From: a virus
DNA length: 64,000 nt
IMG/VR virus record: IMGVR_UViG_3300022928_000019
Span: 1 to 64,000 of that record
Reading direction: 5' to 3' (one strand)
Notes under the pieces: model-generated
What the model was told of the DNA's origin: nothing
The model's input: only the letters and a program-made list of their open reading frames with translations
Databases searched by the model: none
Translations under genes and position numbers: made by a program
In this document: one piece after another, positions 29,033 through 38,006 of the stretch
Layout of the letters: each line of letters begins with the position of its first letter
Position numbering within the stretch: the stretch's first letter is position 1

Positions 29033-30505
29033 TTACATTATAAAATGTGCAAACAAAATTCTGTATGCACGTTCAGCTTGGGTTGGCACAATGCCATTAC
29101 CCAAAAGTCTTAGTCTTGGAACTCGCTGAGCCATGACTTCGGGAGAAGCGTAGTATTCTTTGGTAGTCCCATCAGGGATTCTACCCATGTAGGGTTGAGC
29201 TTCCCCGACTGTGAAAGAAGAGCTAGGTCTCTGCCCAAGCATTTCTGATTGGATTCCACTGATGTCCTCGCTCCCTCCACATGATCCGATGCTTGAGGGG
29301 TTCCCCATGTGCTGGCTACCTTCCGCCCCAATGTCTCCTGGGATCCCTCGGGTACTGTCCCCATGGTATCCTTCCAATCCCTCGACATTGGAGTCGGCCA
29401 CTTCTGCATTGTCTCCACTGCATCTCTCAGCTTGGGAGTCCACTTCTCCCCCTTGGCATTCGTCCGAATGAATCGTCCGTTCTCTAGGGTCACATTCGGT
29501 GCTAGTCCTCCCTCGGCATCGACTGTCCTCGGTGTGGGATACATTATCTCGGGGTTCATCTCGGGGTTCACTACATCCTCCCTCAGATTCTTGCACCCTC
29601 CCTTCTTCTTGTTCCGAGCTAGTGCTTCCCCTGTCTTCGGTGGGAGTACATCCATCGTGTTGGGAGTTGCCCAACTCTTCAGTGCCACTGCTGACAGACT
29701 CGGACTCTGCCTGTTCTTCTCCGACTCGGGAGTTCCGTCCGTCTTCCCTGTCCTCGGGGTAGGCCATGATGACTCTTGGTTCTTCCCATCCGTACTGAGC
29801 TTCCCCTGGACGTGAAGGCCATGTACCTGCTCGCCAAGGTTGCTTTTCCCCCGATCCGTCATGCAAGCTCGGGAGTCTTGCTCTTTCGGAGTCCCCCAAC
29901 CTTCGTTCAATTTCAGTGTCAGGGTTTGTGTTACGGAAGAGCATGAAGACTCGCTTACGTTGGTGAGGCGCGCCTTCTTCACTCGCACTGACCAATGTGA
30001 ACGCACCCTCGTAACCAATTTTTTCCATGTATCCCATGACATATTTGAGAACGCTTGTGTCCTGCTCGCCACCGAACTTACAACTGATGATCCCTTCGAC
30101 ATTTTCGAGGGCAACCCAGTTTGGTCGGCAAAGCTGAACTCCGTCTGCAATGAAGGGGAACAAGTGCCTTGGGTCTTCAGTTCCCTTCCGAATGCCTGAC
30201 GATGAGAAGGGTTGGCAAGGGAATCCCGCAGATAAGATGTCCACGCATCCACGGAACTTTCCGTATGGGAACTCTTTAACATCCGTAAAGATAGGTGCTT
30301 CAGAAAGTTCACCCTCTTCAATCTTCGCAACCAAGTTGGCGCAAGCGTATCCTTCCCGTTCCACGTATGCGATTTCTCGCAAGTTTGGGAATAGTCCTCG
30401 AAGTCCTCTCCCCATCCCTTCATATCCACTGCACATAGAGAGGTGAGTGACGACGTTCTCGGTAAGTATACCCTGTAATTGTTCTTCTTCATAATCTAGA
30501 TTCAT
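29033..30505 (-). CDS. C5-cytosine DNA methyltransferase, alpha polypeptide (motifs I-VIII and X)
   Basis: SMCSGYEG (I), GFPCQPFS (IV), ENV (VI), HQRKRVF (VIII), RLRLLGNGIVP (X). Likely start is MNLDY at 30505, right after the motif at 30507-30528. Confidence 0.9.
   Translation of the reverse strand: MNLDYEEEQLQGILTENVVTHLSMCSGYEGMGRGLRGLFPNLREIAYVEREGYACANLVAKIEEGELSEAPIFTDVKEFPYGKFRGCVDILSAGFPCQPFSSSGIRKGTEDPRHLFPFIADGVQLCRPNWVALENVEGIISCKFGGEQDTSVLKYVMGYMEKIGYEGAFTLVSASEEGAPHQRKRVFMLFRNTNPDTEIERRLGDSERARLPSLHDGSGEKQPWRAGTWPSRPGEAQYGWEEPRVIMAYPEDREDGRNSRVGEEQAESESVSSGTEELGNSQHDGCTPTEDRGSTSSEQEEGRVQESEGGCSEPRDEPRDNVSHTEDSRCRGRTSTECDPRERTIHSDECQGGEVDSQAERCSGDNAEVADSNVEGLEGYHGDSTRGIPGDIGAEGSQHMGNPSSIGSCGGSEDISGIQSEMLGQRPSSSFTVGEAQPYMGRIPDGTTKEYYASPEVMAQRVPRLRLLGNGIVPTQAERAYRILFAHFIM
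29110..30492 (-). CDS. Overlapping alternative-frame methyltransferase beta polypeptide (W.TP repeats plus motif IX)
   Basis: 460-codon same-strand open frame with WGTP/WPTP/WATP/YPTP repeats ending in LNPTWVESLMGLP. Confidence 0.75.
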   Translation of the reverse strand: MKKNNYRVYLPRTSSLTSLCAVDMKGWGEDFEDYSQTCEKSHTWNGKDTLAPTWLRRLKRVNFLKHLSLRMLKSSHTESSVDAWTSYLRDSLANPSHRQAFGRELKTQGTCSPSLQTEFSFADQTGLPSKMSKGSSVVSSVASRTQAFSNMSWDTWKKLVTRVRSHWSVRVKKARLTNVSESSCSSVTQTLTLKLNEGWGTPKEQDSRACMTDRGKSNLGEQVHGLHVQGKLSTDGKNQESSWPTPRTGKTDGTPESEKNRQSPSLSAVALKSWATPNTMDVLPPKTGEALARNKKKGGCKNLREDVVNPEMNPEIMYPTPRTVDAEGGLAPNVTLENGRFIRTNAKGEKWTPKLRDAVETMQKWPTPMSRDWKDTMGTVPEGSQETLGRKVASTWGTPQASDHVEGARTSVESNQKCLGRDLALLSQSGKLNPTWVESLMGLPKNTTLLPKSWLSEFQD

Positions 30506-30598
30506 TGTAATATAAAAATATAGGTAACATTTGTTAGCGATAGAGCGACATTGCCATAAGGACAACCCCCACCCAAAATAGAATAATTAGTAGGTCAT

Positions 30599-30991
30599 TC
30601 ATTTTGCCCACACCATTGGTAAGATTAGCCATGCACGAGAGGCATTTAATATGGGTTCACCCTTATGCGTTACGAAGCTCTCGTTTTCCATCGGGTTGTA
30701 CTTTACCCTTTTCCATGTCTCATCCCCCAAAGCCCGAATAGACGTTGGGTTCGGGTGAAGGATTCCCCTTAGCCATGCATGAACCTCCTTCCTCTTGTTA
30801 GCCACTACCTTTAGACGAGTCTTATCTCGAACAACAAAAGAAGGCTTATCAAGGTGAGCAATATCGGCATGAGCCTTAACCAAACCATCCTGACGAATAC
30901 TCCAGCAATCCTGATGCAGGTTTCGATACACATCAAAAGGTCTATTAAAATCCAAATGATAACGTGGGTCATGTTGTTTTAGTAGTTTCAT
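30599..30991 (-). CDS. Conserved phage early protein
   Basis: VYRNLH...WSIR...V..H...FVV...KEVHA...YNP pattern widespread in phages. Confidence 0.7.
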   Translation of the reverse strand: MKLLKQHDPRYHLDFNRPFDVYRNLHQDCWSIRQDGLVKAHADIAHLDKPSFVVRDKTRLKVVANKRKEVHAWLRGILHPNPTSIRALGDETWKRVKYNPMENESFVTHKGEPILNASRAWLILPMVWAK

Positions 30992-31293
30992 ACTTCCTCC
31001 AGTGATTCTAAGATCTTGTCGTGGTCTAGCTTTGCTGCGATAGACTCCAAGACTTTGTCGTGATTAGTTATAAAGTGAGAGATATCTGATTCCTCGTCAT
31101 GTAGCAGAACGCTACACAACTTGGTTACTCGGATATCCTCCACATAGTCAGGGCAGTGGTGGGTACTACTGATACTTCCATAGTCGTAGTCGAATGAATC
31201 GTTGCCGACACCGAACTCAGCAGTTCCACTCACTGTTACATTAACACCGAGGACATTCATTTCTTCGTCCTCAAACTCATACTCATAGCTCAT
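30988..31293 (-). CDS. Acidic hypothetical protein
   Basis: Motif at 31295-31316 directly upstream. Confidence 0.65.
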   Translation of the reverse strand: MSYEYEFEDEEMNVLGVNVTVSGTAEFGVGNDSFDYDYGSISSTHHCPDYVEDIRVTKLCSVLLHDEESDISHFITNHDKVLESIAAKLDHDKILESLEEV

Positions 31294-31341
31294 AGTTATA
31301 TAATATATTAGGTTACAATTATTGTCGCTAAAAAACGTAGG

Positions 31342-31599
31342 TTATTCCTCGTCTTCGTCTTCGTTACGGATAGAGTCATAATAAATAGCATCTTCATCTA
31401 GTTTAGTGACAATGGATCCATGTCTATCAAACTCTAGTCCGAGTCTATCCATTATGATGTTCATTGATAGCTTCACATCATCCTCTGTTGGTTCTCTATC
31501 CTTGGGTTCATTGCTTTGGAGGTCGGCTGCCCATTGATGGACAGCCTCCCACACTACTTCTACTGATTCTCGTACACTGCCGTGCGTAGGTTTACTCAT
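31342..31599 (-). CDS. Hypothetical protein
   Basis: 85-aa ORF in the early operon. Confidence 0.6.
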   Translation of the reverse strand: MSKPTHGSVRESVEVVWEAVHQWAADLQSNEPKDREPTEDDVKLSMNIIMDRLGLEFDRHGSIVTKLDEDAIYYDSIRNEDEDEE

Positions 31600-31769
31600 G
31601 ATTCACTTTCCTCTTCATCTATTTCAATGCAATAGTCATGTACGCCAGCGTCATAGCCTTGCTTATAATGGACTCTGTTTATATCGTTATGGTCATAAGG
31701 ATTTTCTTCCACGCCATGTTCATAGCCATGTAAATATCCTATTTGGTAAGCTTCTGTTTTATTACTCAT
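31596..31769 (-). CDS. Small protein with Y..GY..G...NPY...Y..GY pattern (57 aa; not in ORF track)
   Basis: MSNKTEAYQIGYLHGYEHGVEENPYDHNDINRVHYKQGYDAGVHDYCIEIDEEESES; AAAGGAAA upstream. Confidence 0.6.
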   Translation of the reverse strand: MSNKTEAYQIGYLHGYEHGVEENPYDHNDINRVHYKQGYDAGVHDYCIEIDEEESES

Positions 31770-31781
31770 AGTTTTCCTTTC

Positions 31782-32408
31782 TTATTTTAGGTTAGTTATT
31801 TTATCCATTACTTGATCGAATGTCTTGCTACCGAATCGTAGCATTTTAGCCGTTATCTTTCTCTTTGCATAGTTCTTGAACTCCCAAGAGAACAATCCAT
31901 TAGCTACGCTGAATGCGAAGTACATAGGATCTTGATTCCATCCTCTCCTAGTGTGCTTGACATCATTATCGAAACACCAATCGACTGCTTGATCAACCAT
32001 CCTACAGGCTTTACACCATGCATCGATCTTCTCTTTGTCTGTGTTGGTCGGGAGAATATGATACCCTCCACACTCTATGAAACAACCAGTCTCGGAGTTA
32101 AGCGTGGAATCCAATATGATAAACTTGCCCTTTGCACCTGCATTTATTTTTGCATAGTCAAAGCAATAGAAGTCATCACCTGATCCACACGCATAGTAGA
32201 GATGCCCATAAGGACTTGTAAGGTTGTATAGCTCAATGTCATTAATCTTATAGTGTCCTTGGTCATCCTGTGGTATGAGCCATGGTTTCAGACTGCCATC
32301 TCTGTGGTCGTAAGGATCAAGTAATCGCTTGTCCTCACTCATTGGGTAGTCTGTTATGTGACATTGGTATGCCACCTTGCTAGTTCCTAGGTCTTTGTAG
32401 TATCCCAT
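31782..32408 (-). CDS. Hypothetical protein
   Basis: 208-aa ORF in the early operon. Confidence 0.6.
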   Translation of the reverse strand: MGYYKDLGTSKVAYQCHITDYPMSEDKRLLDPYDHRDGSLKPWLIPQDDQGHYKINDIELYNLTSPYGHLYYACGSGDDFYCFDYAKINAGAKGKFIILDSTLNSETGCFIECGGYHILPTNTDKEKIDAWCKACRMVDQAVDWCFDNDVKHTRRGWNQDPMYFAFSVANGLFSWEFKNYAKRKITAKMLRFGSKTFDQVMDKITNLK

Positions 32409-32410
32409 TA

Positions 32411-32686
32411 TTAGTTCTCCGTTTGCAGTTCATACTCAACATCCTCAGCACACATCCTAATCGTACCAAGCACTCCCTGGATTTCAGCTAGAGCTTCTCT
32501 TGCGGTCATCCACCCTTCTTCACCCCTTGGGTAATGGTTACGCCCATGGAATGAATGACTAGGTATCTTTTGGATAGCACTATCAATAGCAGAATAAAAC
32601 TCCTGCCACTCATTTATTAATGTTTGTTTGTCATCACCATTCATATGTACGAATGGCATGACTGCGTCCTTGTATATGTATTTCAT
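32411..32686 (-). CDS. Hypothetical protein
   Basis: P.VHMNG...L...HGRNHYP conserved phage pattern. Confidence 0.65.
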   Translation of the reverse strand: MKYIYKDAVMPFVHMNGDDKQTLINEWQEFYSAIDSAIQKIPSHSFHGRNHYPRGEEGWMTAREALAEIQGVLGTIRMCAEDVEYELQTEN

Positions 32687-32688
32687 TA

Positions 32689-33114
32689 TTAGTCCTCCGT
32701 TTCTATTCTAGTTGGTTCATGTTTGATTTCTTGTGGTGCATGATACCACTGGGTGTGTTCAACAGTTCCTTTCTCAAGGTCATATGTGAAGTCATCACCA
32801 TAGTCAGTGCCATCACCGGCCCCATTGTAGTACCCACCAGGGTAGTCAGCCCAACGATCAATCATATCCCCGGCCTTTTGGACGGCAGCCTTGGTAAGAT
32901 CTCCATGAGGCTTACCATCAAGCAGAATATCATCATGCTCGTTGATATCACCATAGTAGTATCCCTCATCGGATCCACCTGAGTACGATATCGTGAACTT
33001 AATTACGCCATGCTCCTTGAGGTAGTTTAATAGTTCCTTGGTCAATGGCTTAGGCCCATTGCTCCAATCCCACTCTTCTTGTCCTAGGTTAATGCTTGGT
33101 TTGTCTTCACTCAT
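32689..33114 (-). CDS. DUF6878-like protein
   Basis: ISYSGGSDEG motif; likely start MSEDK at 33114, coupled to the upstream gene. Confidence 0.6.
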   Translation of the reverse strand: MSEDKPSINLGQEEWDWSNGPKPLTKELLNYLKEHGVIKFTISYSGGSDEGYYYGDINEHDDILLDGKPHGDLTKAAVQKAGDMIDRWADYPGGYYNGAGDGTDYGDDFTYDLEKGTVEHTQWYHAPQEIKHEPTRIETED

Positions 33115-33485
33115 AGTATTTCTATCTCCTTTTTGGTTTTGTAGCCGACTTTTAACATCCAATCGGCAGGTTGTTGTTTGATTCCCCTTAGCCAATCTTG
33201 TGGCGTGGGGATAAATCCGCAGTCCTCCATCACATGTTGCTCGGCAACTAGCTTGGTAGGTACTATTCTGAATTTGTCTCCATTATCATCTTGATCAATT
33301 AATATCTCGTGACCGAGTATGCTACAGCACCACTCAATCCCGGCGCTATGATGTCTTAATGCGCGATGAGTCCAATCACCTGTAAAGGCTTTGGTCTCAT
33401 CGAACCAGTTATGTACATAAAGATATTCATCGGGTTCTCCTCCGAACTTCTTTGCTGATGATTCTGCGTGTTTATATGGTGTCAT
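33111..33485 (-). CDS. DUF6915-like protein (His-rich, possibly metal-binding)
   Basis: HAESSAKKFGG..H.WFDETK..HRALRHH..GI..AEQHVMEDCG.IPT..DW. Confidence 0.75.
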   Translation of the reverse strand: MTPYKHAESSAKKFGGEPDEYLYVHNWFDETKAFTGDWTHRALRHHSAGIEWCCSILGHEILIDQDDNGDKFRIVPTKLVAEQHVMEDCGFIPTPQDWLRGIKQQPADWMLKVGYKTKKEIEIL

Positions 33486-33616
33486 TTATTTTCCTCCTTT
33501 AGTAGTTCTGTGTATCTTCTGATGAAGTGCCTAGCTGCGTAGTACTCCTCTGTGGTAAGTTCATTCTTTCTCCACATAGATTCAGCTTCAGCTTCTAGTT
33601 TCTCTTGTATATTCAT
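33482..33616 (-). CDS. Small hypothetical protein (44 aa; not in ORF track)
   Basis: MNIQEKLEAEAESMWRK...; its 3' end carries the AGGAGG SD for the next gene. Confidence 0.5.
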   Translation of the reverse strand: MNIQEKLEAEAESMWRKNELTTEEYYAARHFIRRYTELLKEENK

Positions 33617-33649
33617 ATATTTGATCCTTCCTATCATCGCCCCCAACCG

Positions 33650-33681
33650 TAGTAGCAACCTAGAGAACTAGGTTACTACTA
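33650..33681 (-). promoter_or_regulatory. Motif copy embedded in an extended hairpin
   Basis: agtagcaacctag-agaa-ctaggttactact. Confidence 0.6.
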
Positions 33682-33693
33682 GGGGGGTGTTTG

Positions 33694-34488
33694 TTATCCC
33701 TGAATATTAAACTCTGCTGCTAACTCTTCGAACATCTTGTCCCATGTGGAACTGCTCTCGTAGTAGGTGAGGGCAAAGCGTATAGCCTCATCTCTTGCAC
33801 TATGATTTTCCCAAGATAGAAGCTCGGTGTGCAACTGAAACACGGTATAGTTGTTGCCCCATGCCTTAATCTCATCCTTGAGTTCCTCGGGGATTGTTTC
33901 CTCGGGTAGTAGTTTTGCTAAATCCCTAAAGTGACAGCTAAGATTCTCGGCATCGCAAAGGTCACTATCGGGTGATGAGACATCAAGGCACTCCTCTATA
34001 GCATCAGGCTCACAGAATTCGAAGTCTCCTTCCCCTGACTCCGTTGCATTGACAAGTAGTTGCCTAAGAGGGTCTGGGGTAATCTTATCGGATGTCTCTT
34101 TCTCTAGTGTATACTGGAATTTCTGAAGTATACCATCTACCTCTTCTCTACTCTGCTCTAGTTCTTCACATGCACTCGTGAATTTGTCTCTAGCCCAATT
34201 ATACTCACAAGCCTTTTCGGAGTACCAAGACTCTAGTTCATCGTATGCTTCCTCTAGGTCGTTGTACTTTCTAGAAGCATTATCTTGTGCGTCGATGTAA
34301 TCCTCGATGCCCTTGCGTTCCTCTGCGGTAAGAGTCAAGCCATACTCTCGGCATGCCTTCTCAGCTTGGGCTATTTCCCTGAGCCTCGATTCGTTGGCTT
34401 CTCTTATCCTCGCTTCCTCGGCTTGTTTAAGTAGCTCTTCAGAGCTTGCGTTAACTACTGCGGTTTCTTGGTTATTTTGATCACTCAT
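33694..34488 (-). CDS. Highly acidic coiled-coil protein
   Basis: 264 aa, E/D-rich. Confidence 0.65.
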   Translation of the reverse strand: MSDQNNQETAVVNASSEELLKQAEEARIREANESRLREIAQAEKACREYGLTLTAEERKGIEDYIDAQDNASRKYNDLEEAYDELESWYSEKACEYNWARDKFTSACEELEQSREEVDGILQKFQYTLEKETSDKITPDPLRQLLVNATESGEGDFEFCEPDAIEECLDVSSPDSDLCDAENLSCHFRDLAKLLPEETIPEELKDEIKAWGNNYTVFQLHTELLSWENHSARDEAIRFALTYYESSSTWDKMFEELAAEFNIQG

Positions 34489-34506
34489 GGTTATATCTTT
34501 CTTATG

Positions 34507-34758
34507 TTATTTGGTTATTTGGGTTACACTTAGTTCCCTTGTATTGCATTTAATATCAAGGGTTATATCGTCCTTCTTGAATCGGAGGACGAAAGGTTTC
34601 TTTTTGAAATGGATGAACTCACCGCCATCCTTCTCTACTGCTTTGCGAGCATGATCTTCATAGTCAGACCAATCCTCGTACATCCATTCATCTCTCCACC
34701 TATCGAAGAGATACTCAATGGTTCCAGTTAGTTTTTTGGCTAATTCTTCAGCACTCAT
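34507..34758 (-). CDS. Hypothetical protein
   Basis: YL.DRW.DE..YED..DY conserved phage pattern. Confidence 0.65.
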   Translation of the reverse strand: MSAEELAKKLTGTIEYLFDRWRDEWMYEDWSDYEDHARKAVEKDGGEFIHFKKKPFVLRFKKDDITLDIKCNTRELSVTQITK

Positions 34759-34961
34759 CTGTCTTCATCCTCCTTGTCGAAGTATTGGGTTACGAAGTAA
34801 TGGTAATCAGAGCTACACTGCTTGTCTGATGCTGCATAATCGAAGGCACCCTCTTGCTCTTTGAACATACCGATCACGCCTTTGAGGCTACCATCGAATG
34901 GGCAGGTAAGAACTATCGCCCATCTATTACTCGGCTTGCACTTGCACTCGCACTCAGTCAT
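34755..34961 (-). CDS. Hypothetical protein
   Basis: 68-aa ORF in a coupled series. Confidence 0.55.
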   Translation of the reverse strand: MTECECKCKPSNRWAIVLTCPFDGSLKGVIGMFKEQEGAFDYAASDKQCSSDYHYFVTQYFDKEDEDR

Positions 34962-35394
34962 TGTGTATACCCTCCCTTGCTTCTGCTACCTCGATGCCCG
35001 ACTCCTCATCCTCATCCTCACCCTCATCTGATGCCGTGCCTCCCTCCTCATAGTGGTAGTAGTTCTGCTTGCGAAGGAACTTGGCACACTCAATCCATAG
35101 CTCATTAGATATGAGAGGGATAGTGAATGACTCACGAGATCCATCATGCTCTAGTCGCTTCTTCTCTTCGGCTAGTATCTCTTCCTCCTTGGCAATCACT
35201 TGATCGGCAAACTCATTGATTGCCTGGATGATGAATGGCCCGATCATCGGGTTAGTGTAGTTGCAAAGGTATCTGAGATACTCACCATTGCTCATGCTAC
35301 CACCCATCTCGGGGTCTTGTGACTTGATTGGTTTTCTTTCCACAGCGTGTAAGCCTGGAATCCTTTTAAGTTTAATGTTACTTGGATCACTCAT
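34954..35394 (-). CDS. Hypothetical protein
   Basis: Likely start MSDPS immediately after the motif at 35395-35416. Confidence 0.6.
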   Translation of the reverse strand: MSDPSNIKLKRIPGLHAVERKPIKSQDPEMGGSMSNGEYLRYLCNYTNPMIGPFIIQAINEFADQVIAKEEEILAEEKKRLEHDGSRESFTIPLISNELWIECAKFLRKQNYYHYEEGGTASDEGEDEDEESGIEVAEAREGIHND

Positions 35395-35412
35395 GTTATT
35401 CATATATCTAGG

Positions 35413-36120
35413 TTACGCTAACGCCATAGCGATAGCTTTGTTTTTCTTAGCACCATGTGGGTTGATCCACACAGACTTAGCGTTCTTGTTGTTGCCATCA
35501 CACAGTCCACAATCCTTACACTCCTTGCCATGCGTATCGGATAGGCATTCGATTGTATCGATTGGGCGTACAGGTGAGACATGGAAGTATCTAAGACCAA
35601 GTGACTTTGCAGCCTTGCGAGAATCCTCCGTCTCAGTACTAGCCATAAAGTACTTACCATACTCAGTAGCTAGGGTAGGGGACATCATATGCCAATCATG
35701 GAAGTATCCTGTCCAACCGGCACAATGGTCAGTCACCATCTTAATCTTCTGCAAGGGAATGATACTAGGGTTACCATAAGCACCGAACCTCACATACCGA
35801 TTACGGAATGCTACCTTATATGCACCAAGGGCAAGGAAAGGATAGCTACCCTTATGGTATGACTTGTACACAGCCATAGGTGCTTGCCCTACATTGACAT
35901 AGCACCCATTGCCATCAGCGAATGGGCATCCATTGCAGTTAGTCTTAGCATCTAGTCCTGTTGCAACAGACTCAACAGGATTGGTGAATCTATTTAAGAT
36001 CCATATCTGAGCCATGTTACCTGTCTTAGCATTAGCTGACTTCCAAGTAACGATAGCTACATAGTCATCGTCCTCATAGATACAATGCCCACCACTTGTG
36101 AATGAATTTTTTACATACAT
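35413..36120 (-). CDS. Cys-rich Fe-S / radical-SAM-like phage protein
   Basis: NAKTG, C..CP....CYV, VRFGAYGNP, GY.H.W, C......C..C.LC....H; AAAGGAGG SD. Confidence 0.6.
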   Translation of the reverse strand: MYVKNSFTSGGHCIYEDDDYVAIVTWKSANAKTGNMAQIWILNRFTNPVESVATGLDAKTNCNGCPFADGNGCYVNVGQAPMAVYKSYHKGSYPFLALGAYKVAFRNRYVRFGAYGNPSIIPLQKIKMVTDHCAGWTGYFHDWHMMSPTLATEYGKYFMASTETEDSRKAAKSLGLRYFHVSPVRPIDTIECLSDTHGKECKDCGLCDGNNKNAKSVWINPHGAKKNKAIAMALA

Positions 36121-36297
36121 AATTCTAGTCCTCCTTTAGTTTAGTGTTAATGAAGTCATAGGTTATCCCATGCTTCTTTGCTTGGTTTACTGCTATTTGT
36201 GTAGCCCTCTCGTGTGCATCAGAGTCTGACTTCTTAGCTATGTAGCTGAAAGAATACACGAGTTGCTTGTCCTTGATAATTGATACTTCGATAGTCA

Positions 36298-36612
36298 TCA
36301 GAACTCCGTATTTATAACTACTCCACCATCATAGCTAATGACTGTCGTATGATTACTTAAGATATCAATGATTTCATCATCATCATACTCTTCATCTTCA
36401 TCAAAGAGATGCTCGTAATCATTTTGCAGATCACCTATCGAATTGTAGTCAGAGTATTGGCAATCAAGTGCCACTACATCTAACTCATAGTTAGGGTCTA
36501 CGTCCTCGAGGAAATCATATAGAGCCTCGAGTCCTCTTAGAGACCAAGAGCTTCCCCTTGCTCGCTGATCGAATGCGTTAACGAATAGTCCTTGTGTTAT
36601 TGTTTGTATCAT
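36298..36612 (-). CDS. Acidic conserved phage early protein
   Basis: F..AF...R...S..GL.ALYD.L....ELDV.A..C.Y pattern; strong SD. Confidence 0.7.
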   Translation of the reverse strand: MIQTITQGLFVNAFDQRARGSSWSLRGLEALYDFLEDVDPNYELDVVALDCQYSDYNSIGDLQNDYEHLFDEDEEYDDDEIIDILSNHTTVISYDGGVVINTEF

Positions 36613-36627
36613 AATTATTTTCCTCCT

Positions 36628-37074
36628 TTATTTGTTGTGATAATGAATGCCCGCATGCCCTTTGGTGTAAGCCTTTGCATCTTCTAGTGAACTGAATCCA
36701 CGATAGATGGATTCCACGCAGTCCTCTTCTCTGTCAGGGTAGTACTTGACTACATCGAATGTTCCATCCTCTTGGTCTGTTACATAGTAGTCACCTTCCC
36801 AAAGGTTAGGTCTTCTGAATCCGTAATGGTATGCTTGCACAGACCAATCACCATTCAGCCCACACTCTTGCCAAGCGAAGTAATCAAAGATCCGATCAAT
36901 CGAATCCATCAATCGATTATGGTGAGAGTATTCGGTTACCAACTCCATGCCCTTGACATGCTTGTCGTGCATGTAATCTTTATGAATACACCCAAGTTCG
37001 ATGAGCATAAGATTCTCATTTAACCCTTCGGCTAATGTCTCAGATATTGTCTCTATGTAGTATGTAGGATTCAT
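36628..37074 (-). CDS. Hypothetical protein
   Basis: Motif at 37077-37098 directly upstream. Confidence 0.6.
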   Translation of the reverse strand: MNPTYYIETISETLAEGLNENLMLIELGCIHKDYMHDKHVKGMELVTEYSHHNRLMDSIDRIFDYFAWQECGLNGDWSVQAYHYGFRRPNLWEGDYYVTDQEDGTFDVVKYYPDREEDCVESIYRGFSSLEDAKAYTKGHAGIHYHNK

Positions 37075-37077
37075 ATG

Positions 37078-37278
37078 TTATTTATTATTCTTGGTTACTT
37101 TATGGTAGTACTCACGAGCATCCTCGTAGTTGAATGTATTGATAAGCCCACGCTTGGAATGGGTGACGATAGCTATTTGCCAAGGCTTAATGTTTGGATA
37201 CTTGTGCTTGGCTATCTTGCCTAGGTAGTACACATAGTTATCCACCTTCTGATCCATTTGAGCATTAGTCTCAATCAT
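37078..37278 (-). CDS. Hypothetical protein
   Basis: GGAGGT SD; ATGA coupling. Confidence 0.6.
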   Translation of the reverse strand: MIETNAQMDQKVDNYVYYLGKIAKHKYPNIKPWQIAIVTHSKRGLINTFNYEDAREYYHKVTKNNK

Positions 37279-37997
37279 GCTACCACCTCCTTGTAGAAGG
37301 TGTAAAAGTCACCGATTGGTACTTTCATATTGAAGGCTTTGCCTCCACTCCCACTCCCCTTGCTATTAGCTCTACTAAACCACTTGGTTACCTCGATATA
37401 CTCACTGCCGATAGAGAACCACCACTCTCCATACTCAGCCCCTCGAGCATCAATAGCAGTGTAGACCCAACCTTCAGTATCTTTATTCCATGTTGCCCAC
37501 TCTGGAAAGCGCTTGGCTACAAGCCCGAGCCTTTCCTCCATAAGCAATCGAACCTTTTCACCATGAAAATCTAGATGATTGGGGTGAAAGGAACTAGCTA
37601 AGTACTGAGGGTCACCGAAACAACTCTCACCATAAGCAATGAGGTTGTTGACCCACTTGAACAAGCCACACTCACCCTCGAGTATGGCATCGTTGCCCAT
37701 GATTAAGGCATCATCTAGTTTATCATCGGCATTGCGATCCTTGTGAGCCTCGAGTAGATGCTCATCATATGGAAAGCCAAACCAATGAGTGGCTTTATCC
37801 CCACAAGTAGTCCCAATGTAGTATTGGAACTCAACGATATAGTCATTGATAACATCCATGCACTCCTCGGCACTTAAGTCACGAGCTTGTGATGAACTGA
37901 CATAGTCTAAGTGCCTAAGCATCTTGCGTGTAAGTTTGATAGCCTTGGTTTGCAAGGTCATCTTTGGGTAAGGTTTGTATTTGTATTCTTCAGTCAT
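37275..37997 (-). CDS. Hypothetical protein
   Basis: AAGGAGGT SD; 240 aa. Confidence 0.65.
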   Translation of the reverse strand: MTEEYKYKPYPKMTLQTKAIKLTRKMLRHLDYVSSSQARDLSAEECMDVINDYIVEFQYYIGTTCGDKATHWFGFPYDEHLLEAHKDRNADDKLDDALIMGNDAILEGECGLFKWVNNLIAYGESCFGDPQYLASSFHPNHLDFHGEKVRLLMEERLGLVAKRFPEWATWNKDTEGWVYTAIDARGAEYGEWWFSIGSEYIEVTKWFSRANSKGSGSGGKAFNMKVPIGDFYTFYKEVVA

Positions 37998-38006
37998 GTT
38001 ACCTCC

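Noticed and set aside
29211-30446. Several + strand ORFs opposite the methyltransferase
   Set aside because: Antisense shadows expected from a doubly open, stop-poor region.
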